This document shows positions 1-12,140 of a stretch of DNA of 64,000 nucleotides, one piece after another. The notes below the pieces were generated by a model. It made no database searches, was not told the origin of the DNA, and was given only the letters and a program-made list of their open reading frames with translations. How positions within the stretch are numbered: position 1 is the first letter of the stretch; every line of letters begins with the position of its first letter. The stretch is from Octopus bimaculoides (Eukaryota). The stretch lies in NCBI RefSeq assembly GCF_001194135.2, contig NC_069006.1:6077411-6141410 (forward strand), written 5' to 3'. The position numbers and the translations under genes were made by a program.

Positions 1-41
<41 letters not shown>

Positions 42-164
42 TGTGTGTGCCTGTGTGTAAGTAAATGGCCAAAACAAACTTCACCAGTTGCTATATTTTC
101 TGTAGCTATGTACAAGTGTGTATGTAAGTATGTATGTATGTATTCATATGCATAAATGTGTATA

Positions 165-197
<33 letters not shown>

Positions 198-341
198 GCA
201 TACATGCACACAAAACACATATACACACAGACATACATATACACACAGATACATATATACACACATACACACACATATATATGTGAGTGTATCATCTTAT
301 TCTTGTCTGAATTTGACTGCGTTTGTCATCAATTCTGTCTT

Positions 342-347
342 TTTATT
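342..347 (-). promoter_or_regulatory. Possible CAMTA polyadenylation signal (AATAAA)
   Basis: tttatt on the plus strand ~200 nt past the stop codon; the real 3' UTR may extend beyond the window. Confidence 0.25.
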
Positions 348-545
348 GTTGTCTTCCTCATCATTTCACTCTTCTTTCTGTTTCTTCTTCATCTCTTTTT
401 CTTGCTCTTCCTCTTCACTCTTACTCCCCCCTCCTCTGCCTCTTCTTCTTCTTCCTCCGCCTCTTCCTCTTCTTCTTTTTTTTTCTCTTTTGTTTACAAT
501 TAAGTTATGTACACACTGCAGACTTTACAGGTCACCTCAAGTCCT

Positions 546-753
546 TCAAGTTGTCGTGGAGGTGGTGTTGGTGTTGGTGGCGCTGGTGCTGGTACTGGCT
601 GTAGTTTGATCTCTCTCTTCAGACGTTGCTAACACATGGGCTTTCTGTTCCTCTATCTGACCCTCGATGTCTGACGTCAAGGGACTCACATCAACGTCGA
701 CTACATCACCGTCGGCAGTTTGGACTTCTCCGTTGTTTAGGTCGGATGGTGAA
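546..753 (-). CDS. CAMTA: CAMTA terminal coding exon ([24 protein letters not shown]...TSTTT*)
   Basis: Acceptor gattcttcag|T; open in phase 2 for 68 codons to TGA at 548-546; acidic then Thr/Ser-rich. Confidence 0.8.
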
Positions 754-3700
754 CTGAAGAATCAGAAACAATACAAAGCGGTTATATAACAGGGGAGGAA
801 AAAAAACTGCTCAAAATCTATTGCAAAAAATCAATAAATATTGGATATTGATGTAAAATAGAAAAATAATTATTAAAACCAAAAAAACATGAAAAGCTAA
901 AATGAAGAAGTGAAGAAAATATTTACTTTTGAATATGTAAAGTTCATATTTTTCAATAATTTTAGAAAAGGAAAACAATTAATTGACACAGGTGTGGCTG
1001 TCTGGTAAGAAGCTTGTTTCTCAACCACATGGTTCTCGGTTCAGTGTCACTGCATGGCACCTTGGGCAAGTGTTTTCTACTATAACCTCAGGCTGACTGA
1101 AGCCGTCAGAGTGAATTTAGTAGACAGAAACAGAAAGTGTGTGTGTCTCTGTGTTGCCCTCTACCACTTAACAACTAGTCTTGATGTGTTGACATCTCTA
1201 TAACTTAACAGTTTGGCAAAAGAGACTGATAGAATAAGCATTAGGCTTTAAAAGAAAAAAAGGACTGGTAGTGGGTGGTGTCGATTCATTGACTAATAAT
1301 TCTCCAAGGTAGTGCCCCAGCGTGGCCACAGTCAAATGATTGAAACAAGTAAAAAGATAAACGATAACAGTTAATTAGAATTAATAATTAAGTCAAAATC
1401 CTTCGTTAAAGATGTTTAGAAATGGATGTAAGAGTTTCTACACTTTTATTTGGTCTGCTAGAAACATCAGTCAAATCATACTGCAACATCTATAAAAAGG
1501 AAGGACACATCAGGTAATGTAGTCCAAGATATACTAATTCTAATAGAAATAAAAAGCAAAGATGGGGTCGTCATCATCATTTAATGCTAGTTTTCTATGC
1601 TGGCATGGGTTGGGCAGGATACGATGAGCCACAAGTCTGCTTTGGCATAGTTTCTATGACTGGTTGCCCTTCTTAATGTCAACCACTTTACAGTGTGCAT
1701 TTTCCCCCTAATATACAGACATTAAAGGGGTTGGCAAGTAACATGCAAATTTTTGCTCAGTCAACAACCATGACAGATATTTTGTTGAGAAAAAATATTG
1801 AAAATTCTGGTACCTTTTTAATGATACCAGTATGTAGTGTGGCTGGCTGGCTGGTTGGATGGATGGACGGAACTAGCAGGTCCAGTCTGACTTTTGGTGG
1901 TTGACAGAACAGCTGCAACCAGTGAATATTTGCCACTATTTTTGTTAAGAGTTCAATATCAGGAGATGTTGAACTGATGATAATCTACCCAATGTCCTTC
2001 CATACAATCCATCTACCAAATTTCTACTCACAAGGCTTTGGTCAACCCAAGGTTAAAGAGAAAATGTTTGCTAGAAGGTGCTGTGCAGTAGGATCAAACC
2101 TAGAAACAGGTGGTTGTGAAGTAAACTGCTTGACAATGCTTTCTGTCCTCAAGGAGCACAAAGTTTTGATAGAAAAGCCACTGACATTTTCTGCTATGAT
2201 TCCCATGGATTTATGGACAGAAGTTCTAAATGTTTGGTAAACTGACCTAAAATGCTGCAAAAGAGTAGCACCAACGAGGATATCTTAATATAAAACACAT
2301 GCATAAATATCAAGAATCATCAAGAGAGAAAGTGACTGAAATGGGAAGTTGTGATGAACATGCCTTTCTTAGTGATGGTAGTGAAGTGACTGTAGATGAA
2401 GAAAAAAAAGTAGGTTACAGACTCAATAGGATTTGAATCTGTCACTCACTGCACTGTTGTGTCAGCCAAAAAAGGTGTCACCACTCAACACCTTTATTAA
2501 TGCAGGTCTCTTGCTCATGGAATAATTGTTCTGATAACTTTGAGAGGAATGATTTTCTGATGTCACACATAATAATACTATTGGAGATATCTACTTTACT
2601 CCCAGTTGTCCATCAGAGAGATTTTGAATTCCAGCTCTGCTATCCGAAGGAACCCACCTCAGTTACACAATGCTCCTACATCAACCATAAAGACAACTGT
2701 ACTTCTTCAGGGCACTCAAAGACAGTCCTACCAAGACCATCCAGCTTATGTTATACCTCTTTCTAACACTTTGGGGTGAAGTTGATTTTTTAAAAAATAG
2801 CTTTATCAGAAAAGAAAGATAAGGACTGATGAGCTGAGTGCAAGGGGCCAAATTTGGTGAGGGAATAGGGTGAACAAGTGCATTAGCCTTGGATAGGAAA
2901 CCTTTTTACAACTGAGCCCTGTAGTGGTGGTTAACTAGGAGACAGATTATGGAGGAACAGTGAGAACTTTGTGGAAGATTCAATTAAAAAAGAGAGCACT
3001 GGAAAATCAGGACAAAATATTGACAATGGCCATGTCACATTGACTGCACCAGTTCTTGTCCAATCACCAAAGTTAAGCAATGTTGAGCCTTGTTAGTACT
3101 TAGATGGGTGACTAGTTGGGAAACCAAGGTGCTGTAAGCATCTCCCTTTAAGGGTAGATGTGGCTGTGTCATAAGAAGTTTGCTTCACAACCACATAGTT
3201 CTGGGTTCAATTGCTGTGTGTAGCATCTTGGGTATGTCTTCTGCTAAAGCTGAGATTGACCAAAGCCTTGTGAGTGGATTTGGTAGATAGAAGCTGACAG
3301 AAGCCCATTGTATCTATGTGTATGTGTTTGACCCCTACCACTGGTTGACAACCAGTGTAGGTTTGTTTATGTCCCTGAATCTTAGCAAAAGAGACCAATA
3401 GAATAAGTACCAGGCTTGAAACAAAAAGAACTGGGTTTGGTTTGTTCAACTAAACCCATCAAGGTGGTGCTGCAGCATGGCTGCAATCCAACAAGTGAAA
3501 CAAGTAAAAGATGAAAGATAAAAGAAGGTCTTTGAGAGCCGGAGCTGGAGACAGCTGCGGCATTTGTTGAAGTTTGGCAAATGGGGAAGAGAAGAGAGAG
3601 GAAGCAGCAATGCATGCATTAGAATGCGACATAAATGATGTGCATAGTTGCAATGGGAGTGAGATTGACATGCCGGGGTGGGGGGATTGGTTGTGGAAAG

Positions 3701-3916
3701 AGCCAAGGAAAACGAGAGAAACACATAAAAAAGAATATTACAACATTGAGAGCAAAAATAATAAAAACAACAACAGCTAAAAGAGTGGAATAAAGAGAGA
3801 AGCATATATAGATGTACTAGGACATTAGGGGTGTGTGTGTGTGTGTATACATACACATGCACATAAATGTATGTAAATATATATGCATTCATATATATGT
3901 GGGTGTATATATGTGT

Positions 3917-3964
<48 letters not shown>

Positions 3965-3998
3965 GTATGTGCATTCCAATGTGTGTATATATGTATAT

Positions 3999-4043
<45 letters not shown>

Positions 4044-5460
4044 TATATATTGATATGGGTGTATATACATATGTAGGTGAGTGTATATGTGTGTGTTGGG
4101 CCTCTAACTCCTTATGAAATAATAGGTACAGCACTGTGAAAAACACCAGGATTTGGACAATTTAAGCCTGACAAAGGTAATTGATGTCCAAGTGTGAACC
4201 CAACCAATTCCTTCTCGAGAGAGAAAGAATTAGGGAAGAGGAATGAAATGCAAAGTGGACCCCAGAGGAATTTGAACTCACACACATGTATATGTCAAAG
4301 TATCAAAGTTTCCTTTGAGAGAGAAGCACCATTTGTTGTAGCTACTTGACTGCACCCCACTATAAAAAAGTCACGTGCCCTCACCTCTCTGCTAGTTTTG
4401 CAGCTATGCTGAGGTAACACTTTCTGTCATATCATTCTATAACTGATCCAGTTAAGACCTATCTCATGACTTTGTGACAGACCCTGTTAGTTTTGGCATC
4501 TGGTCTGCTTCCTGTTTGTAAGGAAGTCTTGAAAAAGTATCTGGAGTTGTGAAGCTAAAGCCTGTTCATATGATTTTTAAGCAAATTATTAGAAAGCCCT
4601 CAGGGCATCAGGTTTCAGTTTAGGAACATCTCATCTATGATTGATATCACATCTTCCTCCTTTATGCCGATGTAATCAATAATTACTGGTGTCTATAGAG
4701 ACCAGTACGTATCTGCATATGTCCTACTGGCGAGGTGAAAACACTTCTAAATTCTTTTCTACTCTAGGCACAAGGCCCGAAATTTTTGAGGAGGGGGCCA
4801 ATCGATTAGATCGACTCCAATACGCAACTGGTACTTAATTTATTGACCTCAAAAGAATGAAAGGCAAAGTCGACTTCGGCAGAATCTGAACTCAGAATGT
4901 ACTTCTAAATTGGTCCATCAATGTTTCATATACTGCTTTGGAGTCTGCAGTCCATGAATTATCTTCTTGGCATGAGGACCTCTTATTCTGTATTAAACCA
5001 GAGCTGAACATCTTGAAAATTTGCCAAAGATTTTAAAGGGTTCACCTTTATATTTCCTTCAATCCAAGTTTCTTTTTCTGCTCTTGCCTTTTTAGGAAAG
5101 TCTTTAATTTTATTTTCTATTTCTGGGAGTGGTCTTTTTTTTTTGTGAAGATATTTTTCAGTCCTTCAGTTGACCATTTAAGCGATATGAAGTTTTTATT
5201 TTACACCACGCAACAATTTGGGTTTTTGCCTGGAAATTATATTTTTGTGTATCCCAGCTTCTCAGTTTGGGTCAAATTTAATTAATTTATTTATTTGGAT
5301 GTGTGTGTGCATGTACATATATATTTCATGAAGGACTAATGTCCCAAAAGTTAGGGCTCCTTCCCTTCCTTCATTTAAGTATTAGACAAAGAAAACTTTT
5401 GTTATATCTTGTCCTGTGCTGTCTTTTTCCTTTTTATTTATTACATTTACAACATATATC

Positions 5461-5497
<37 letters not shown>

Positions 5498-5942
5498 NNN
5501 NNNNNNNNNNNNNNNNNNNNNNNNNNNNNNNNNNNNNNNNNNNNNNNNNNNNNNNNNNNNNNNNNNNNNNNNNNNNNNNNNNNNNNNNNNNNNNNNNNNN
5601 NNNNNNNATACATGTATGTACATATATGTGTATGCAAACGTGTGTGTGTGTGTGTGTGTGTCTTGTGCATAGGTGCATGTGTGTATGTGTGTTTATATGC
5701 CAAGTGCAAGATGACCAGAATTACTACCTGTCCAAATGTTGCAGCAGCTGCTGCTGCCGCTGCAACATTCGGTGGTGCAGCTCCTGCAGCAGTGAGGTTA
5801 TTAGCACTGACCTGATGGGAACGGATTAGTTTCCATAGTTCTCTGCACCAGGCAGATGGAAGGCAGGAAGCAAAGAAAGTGAGACACATTTTAGGTTAAA
5901 CAGAAACATTTATCACATAACACTACGACTAGCAAATATCAT

Positions 5943-5987
<45 letters not shown>

Positions 5988-6252
5988 GTTGCATTATATA
6001 TATATTCCTCCTACTAACATGGAATGAAAACTTCTTATGATAGCATGAAATTATAACATTATCACTAAAGTTTTAGCCATGATTAGCACAAGCGAAACTG
6101 GTAGACTATGTAAATATATTATTTCATAAAATGTGAATATATATATATGTATATATTTTGTCCGACATAAAATTTCTGTACATTTTGTTTGTTTTTATGT
6201 TTTTTACTACAATTCACCATGTAGGAAAAATGTTTTTACTGGACCTTTTCAC

Positions 6253-6289
<37 letters not shown>

Positions 6290-6568
6290 NNNNNNNNNNN
6301 NNNNNNNNNNNNNNNNNNNNNNNNNNNNNNNNNNNNNNNNNNNNNNNNNNNNNNNNNNNNNNNNNNNNNNNNNNNNNNNNNNNNNNNNNNNNNNNNNNNN
6401 NNNNNNNNNNNNNNNNNNNNNNNNNNNNNNNNNNNNNNNNNNNNNNNNNNNNNNNNNNNNNNNNNNNNNNNNNNNNNNNNNNNNNNNNNNNNNNNNNNNN
6501 NNNNNNNNNNNNNNNNNNNNNNNNNNNNNNNNNNNNNNNNNNNNNNNNNNNNNNNNNNNNNNNNNNNN

Positions 6569-6608
<40 letters not shown>

Positions 6609-7061
6609 CATTTTGATGATGACCACAAGTGTGAAACTAGTTGTTACAATGTCTTCTATAGAAAATATGAGACAAATATATATCTACACATTTCAGTGTA
6701 TATCATATATCAACATTATTCTCCCCATCACTTAATGTCCATTTCTCATGCTGCTATGATTTGGAGAGGCTGCCACATTTGAGGTTCAGCATAATTTTGA
6801 GTGGGCTGCTCATTTAGATGGTTCAGAAGGCTACATCTTAGTCACAGGATTCCTACTGAAGACACAAGGCCTAAGATTTTGGGGGAGGGGACTAGTCAAT
6901 TACATCAACCCCAGTGTTTCACTGGTACTTAATTTATCAACCCCAAAAGGAAGAAAGGTAAAGTCGACCTCGGTGGAATTTGAACTCAGAACATAGCAAC
7001 AGTGAAATACTACTAAGCACTTCATCCAACATGCTAATGATTCTGCCATCTCGCCTTCTTC

Positions 7062-7112
<51 letters not shown>

Positions 7113-9008
7113 CTTATAACATTAATTCTATGGTTAGAGCTAATCATCCTCACTCCTTTAACTTAGACTCCTATTTAGCAACTCCACCTTACCCCTACCC
7201 CCTCTCTTCTGCCTTCCATGCTATGTTCCTTTTGTCTTATATATTTGATGTCCAGTGAATCTATGCTTGTCGTTACACCAATAGCATCACCAATGTCCAT
7301 GGTACACCAAGTGTCTCCTTTTCATCTTCTAAAGATAATTTGTCATCACACATGATTAATTACTATCTAATCCTATCACATGAAGATAATGGAGTAACGG
7401 AGCTTCATAATTCACCTCTCCCTCTTCCTCATCACTATCAGTATTTGCTACATTATGTCAAGATGGAATGGTCAGGCAGTGCCATGTGTGAATGACATTA
7501 ACATCCTAAGATACAGTCCAAACACTTCACTTCACTTCTACTCCTCTGTTCCTCACCGTTCTTTGTTTTAGACCATGACCACCTCAGAGTAATTCATCTG
7601 AGTCAATGAAGGAGCTGCTACAGGATTGTCGGATCTGCAAGACATAGCAGCCAAACTATTCTGTCTTGAACAAGAAAGGACACATATAGTAGATATACTA
7701 TATAGGGAAAAACAGAGAAGCTGGTCATGGTTGCATCATGTTTGATTGTAGGTCTGATACCTGACATGTCTATCAGTTTAGTCATGTCTGTTGTCTGTAG
7801 AAACCAGGGGCCTCCACATAGAAAACCCAACACATCTTGCATCATTACACATTTGTTGATTTTGGTGAGTTTCATTACTATGGAGTACAGTGTTACCTGT
7901 ACATACTGCCGCCTCAGCATACAATCTCATAAACTATCACCTGTACTTATTAGTATCTGAGCACACAATTATTATTTTGCAAGAAGCAGAATTCCTTCTG
8001 GGTTTTTCCTGGGTCAGCCATGTTCTGAACTTCTTCTAGCCAAAGCCCTTAAACCAAAGACATTACCTAATGCTGTCCCCTAATTTGTTAACTTTTCAAA
8101 ACCATAGCAACAGTCTAATACAATGGTTCTCAACCTTTTTAATATCCAGGTCAGATTCCAAACCTGTATTTTTTTAGGGAGCCATACCAGAAAAAGTAAA
8201 ACACAAGTCAATTAAAAAAAAGTTTATCATATTTATAGAGGGAGGACTGCCAGGGGACACTGAAAGGATGCTTGAGGGCCATGTGCATCCCTCAAAGCCA
8301 CGATTGAGGAGTTTGTGTTACATAAAGAAGTTTCAATGTTTTGGTTGTGTCTGGGGAGAGTCATCCTCTTTTCGTGCCTCATAATTTAACACACTCACCG
8401 GTAAAATTATTTCTAAATTTTTACTAATTTTCCTAAAATCTTCGTTGCATCTTGCAACTTTTTCAATAGTCAAAACTATTGAAAAGGTTGCAAGACGTAA
8501 TGGAAATTTTAGAAAAATAAAAGAGAAATAAGTGGAAATTTTACTGGTGAGTGTGTTAAATTATAAAGGCACCAAAAGAGAATGACTCTCCCCAGACACA
8601 ACAAAATATGCTTCAACACATGAACTCACATAAAGAATCTTGCAAACCAAATCCCAAAACGAAATTTCAATGTTTCTATTTCTATTTATTTGGCTCCCTC
8701 CTCTCTGCTTCTGTGTCTATCTTTCTACCTTTGTCACTCAGAATGACAAACAGACAAATTCACCTCTTTCTTCATGTGTTACTATCTTAACCATTATTAG
8801 TCCTAACTGCTATATAATCCACTGTTATAAACTACTTTCTTTTCCTTCTCTAGTAAAGACCTTTATTAGAAACTCGGTCGCCAATGACCATCCTGACAAT
8901 CCAGCCACATACACTTGTCTTGCTTTACTTCTCAGTTCATATTAATACATCTAAATTAATCTACCTTCACCTAAATTGCCTTCCTACATCAGTAAATGTG
9001 TGTGTACA

Positions 9009-9059
<51 letters not shown>

Positions 9060-10688
9060 TAGTCCATGGGTCTGTATTAGTATTAGTCTACTTCAACACA
9101 AAACAAACAATAAACAAAACAAACAAAAGAACAATGATCTGACTAGAACCACAAGGAACGGAGATGAAGAAGTAATTAATTTTTACCTTTCGTTTGCTTC
9201 ATTGACTAATTGAGATAGTTGGCTGCCATCCAACTCCTCAGGCTGCTTCCGTTGATAATGGCTCCTGGTTGGAAGAAGAGGAGAAAGAAAATTAAACAAT
9301 GATAAAATAATATAAATAAAAAGAAGAGTAAAACAGGATATGTGAAAGTAAACACACCAGGTTGATACTGTTGTTAAGTAACCCTCATCAATTCTGCCCC
9401 AACGGATCTCTTTTATGAAGGCAACCAACCAAAAAGTAATGCGTGACCCCATAGGTCTTCGAAACTTGTTTGTCAGTTTCATCTGTTGATAGTTAGTGAG
9501 GCCATCCTAGAGCAATCAGGGCATGTTGGATCTCGTTTTCTATACACACTTTTCATACAAGTTCAAAAAGTGTCAGTTGGTAACTGCAGTGGAGACTGAT
9601 AAACTAGAAATAAGACTTGGTTCTTTGCAACCCCATCAAATCAGAGCAGTTAGAAAGCAACCTAACAAAGAATCACCTTCATCATCATCACCGTCGTCGT
9701 CATAGTTTTAACGTCCAGTTCTCTATGCCTGCATGAGTCAGATGGAATTCCTTGAGGCAGATATTCTATGGCCATATGCCCTTCTTGTCACCAACCTCTT
9801 TACAGAATGTACTAGGTACTTTGTTTCATGGCACCAATACTAGGGACATCACCAAGTAACTTGCAAGACAGGACCCCTAGACAAAGTGGGGGTGCTATCA
9901 TCACACACATGCGCACACACACACATGCGCACACACACACACATGCGCATGAACACACACACAACAAGTGTCTTTCACTTTTCATCAACCAAATTCACTA
10001 ACAAAGCTTTGCTTGGCCTGAGGCTATAGTAAAAACTCTTGTCTAAGGTGCTATGGAGTGAGACTGAACTTGAGACCATGTGGTCGGGAAGCAAACTTCT
10101 TACCAAACTCACACAACTTTATTTGATAAAAACTTGTTGTGTGTTAATGTGAGTTTTCCATATTGGTTAACTGACAAATTAAAATTATTCTTAAAAAAGA
10201 AACCAATCAGCCTCACCTAAATCTTTGTTGAATGATGACAGATGTGTTACGGCTTTTCTTGAGACGCTCTGGTTCTTTGTAGCTGCGATACTGATTTTGA
10301 ATGGATGCATCCGTCTCACTCCGCGACTTCTTGTACCGCTTCTGTGCATAGTAACTGCGGAACTGACTTTGGATTAGTACAGCCGCTTGTGTCATTTTCT
10401 TGAAGTATGCATACTGGAGAGGAAGAGAGAGAGAGGGACAAGGAAACGGTCTTTAGTTGGTGATTTGTTCTCAAATGAAAAGATTTTGTTCTTCAAACTG
10501 GAAGTTATAAATCTTCATCTTAATTTATAATTAATCATAATAAATAATGCAACTTCATCACTAAATAAAACAGATGTTAAGGTAGCTAATAGGGTCACTA
10601 TGTACTTACTTGGACTACTAGAAATAATAACCAGATCTCCTCAAAAGACAACTTACTGTCCTCCTAAATGAGGACATATTGGACCATG

Positions 10689-10730
<42 letters not shown>

Positions 10731-12085
10731 ATGGTCATGCTTGGAAGGTCTCTGGTTATATGTCTGCTCAGCCTTGGTTAATCTGAAGCTAAACATCATC
10801 ATCATATTTATATCCTTTCCTTCATTCATTATCTGTTCTTCTGCTCGCAGCCAAGTGAGTAGGCAGTGTTAAGTGCCTCATTCAGAGCAGAGAGTAATAT
10901 AATAAGCTCTTCAATATCTGTTATATAAACAGCTTTGAAGAAACTCATACAAAAATCTAGGCAAAAAGTAGCAGATACAGTTTATCCCTTTGTTACCATA
11001 TTTCTGTTGGAATACACATCCTCTGTTTCGATTAATTTTGAAAATACTGAAGGATCTAGTACAATAACTTCATCATTATTAAACTGGTGTTTGGAATAGA
11101 AATTAACCCGAAATTTTGATGGCAAGTTTTAATATAGATCACTTCAACCCTTTTCCATGAAATACAAAGCCTTTGTTTCAATTAATTTTGAAAATACTGC
11201 AAAAAGTAGCAAAGTAACTTTGTTGTTATTAAGCAGCTGTTTTTTTTTAAAATAAAATTTTGAAGACAAATTTTATTTTAGATCACTTGTTTGTTTCTTA
11301 GAAGCAGAGGTAGTCTTAGGCAGGTCGACATCAAAATTGTTGGCACGCCATCGTCAGATGAAATGAGAATAAGTTCACCACAACCAAATAAAACAGATGC
11401 AGGAACAAGAAAGAGAGGGGAAATAGATTTTGTTTATTCCAGGAAAGCCTTGCTGGCCCCAATCTATCTGCCCCTTGTCTTCTTATTTTTCAGCAATCTG
11501 ACTATGATCATGATATCTGAGAAACTTGTCGCAAACATCTCAATGTCTAATTCAAGACCTACAATGTTGCTGTAGATGGTGACAAGTAGAGATAGTATTG
11601 GTGGTTGTCGATTGGATAGCCATCATCATCATCATTTAGTGCTCGTTTTCTGTACTGGCATCGCTTGGATGGTTTGACATGATCCAGTGAGCCACAGGGC
11701 TGTGCTGAGTGCCATTGTCAGCTTTCAGATGGCTTCTATGACAGGATTCTCTGTCTAATGCCAAACCACTTTACAGAGTGTAAAAGGATGCTTTCTCATG
11801 CCACTGGCACAAGAAACAGGATTTACTAAAGGTAAATATTTGAAGCTGAAGAATGAGACAAAGGTAATTCCTGGAAAAGATAGGGTCCCTGACCAAAAAC
11901 GTAAATGATAAAGTAGACTTTGTGGAAATTTGAACTCAGAACGTAAAGGGATACGACTATAAAAATACTGCAAAGCATTGTCAGAGGCTCAACTGATTCT
12001 TATTGTGCCAGTTCACAAAAACGCATCACTGAAAGGCAAAACAAATAATTTTGTGAGAGAGAGAAAGAAAGAGAGATGGAGAGAG

Positions 12086-12140
<55 letters not shown>

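Noticed and set aside
118-609. Plus-strand ORFs and other YI/CV/HT/RE-repeat ORFs throughout the window
   Set aside because: Translations of (TA)n, (TG)n, (GA)n and (TATG)n microsatellites or of the CAMTA 3' UTR antisense strand.
5600-5720. Rbfox motif near the cassette exon
   Set aside because: TGCATG is on the plus strand, antisense to CAMTA, so it is absent from the pre-mRNA.
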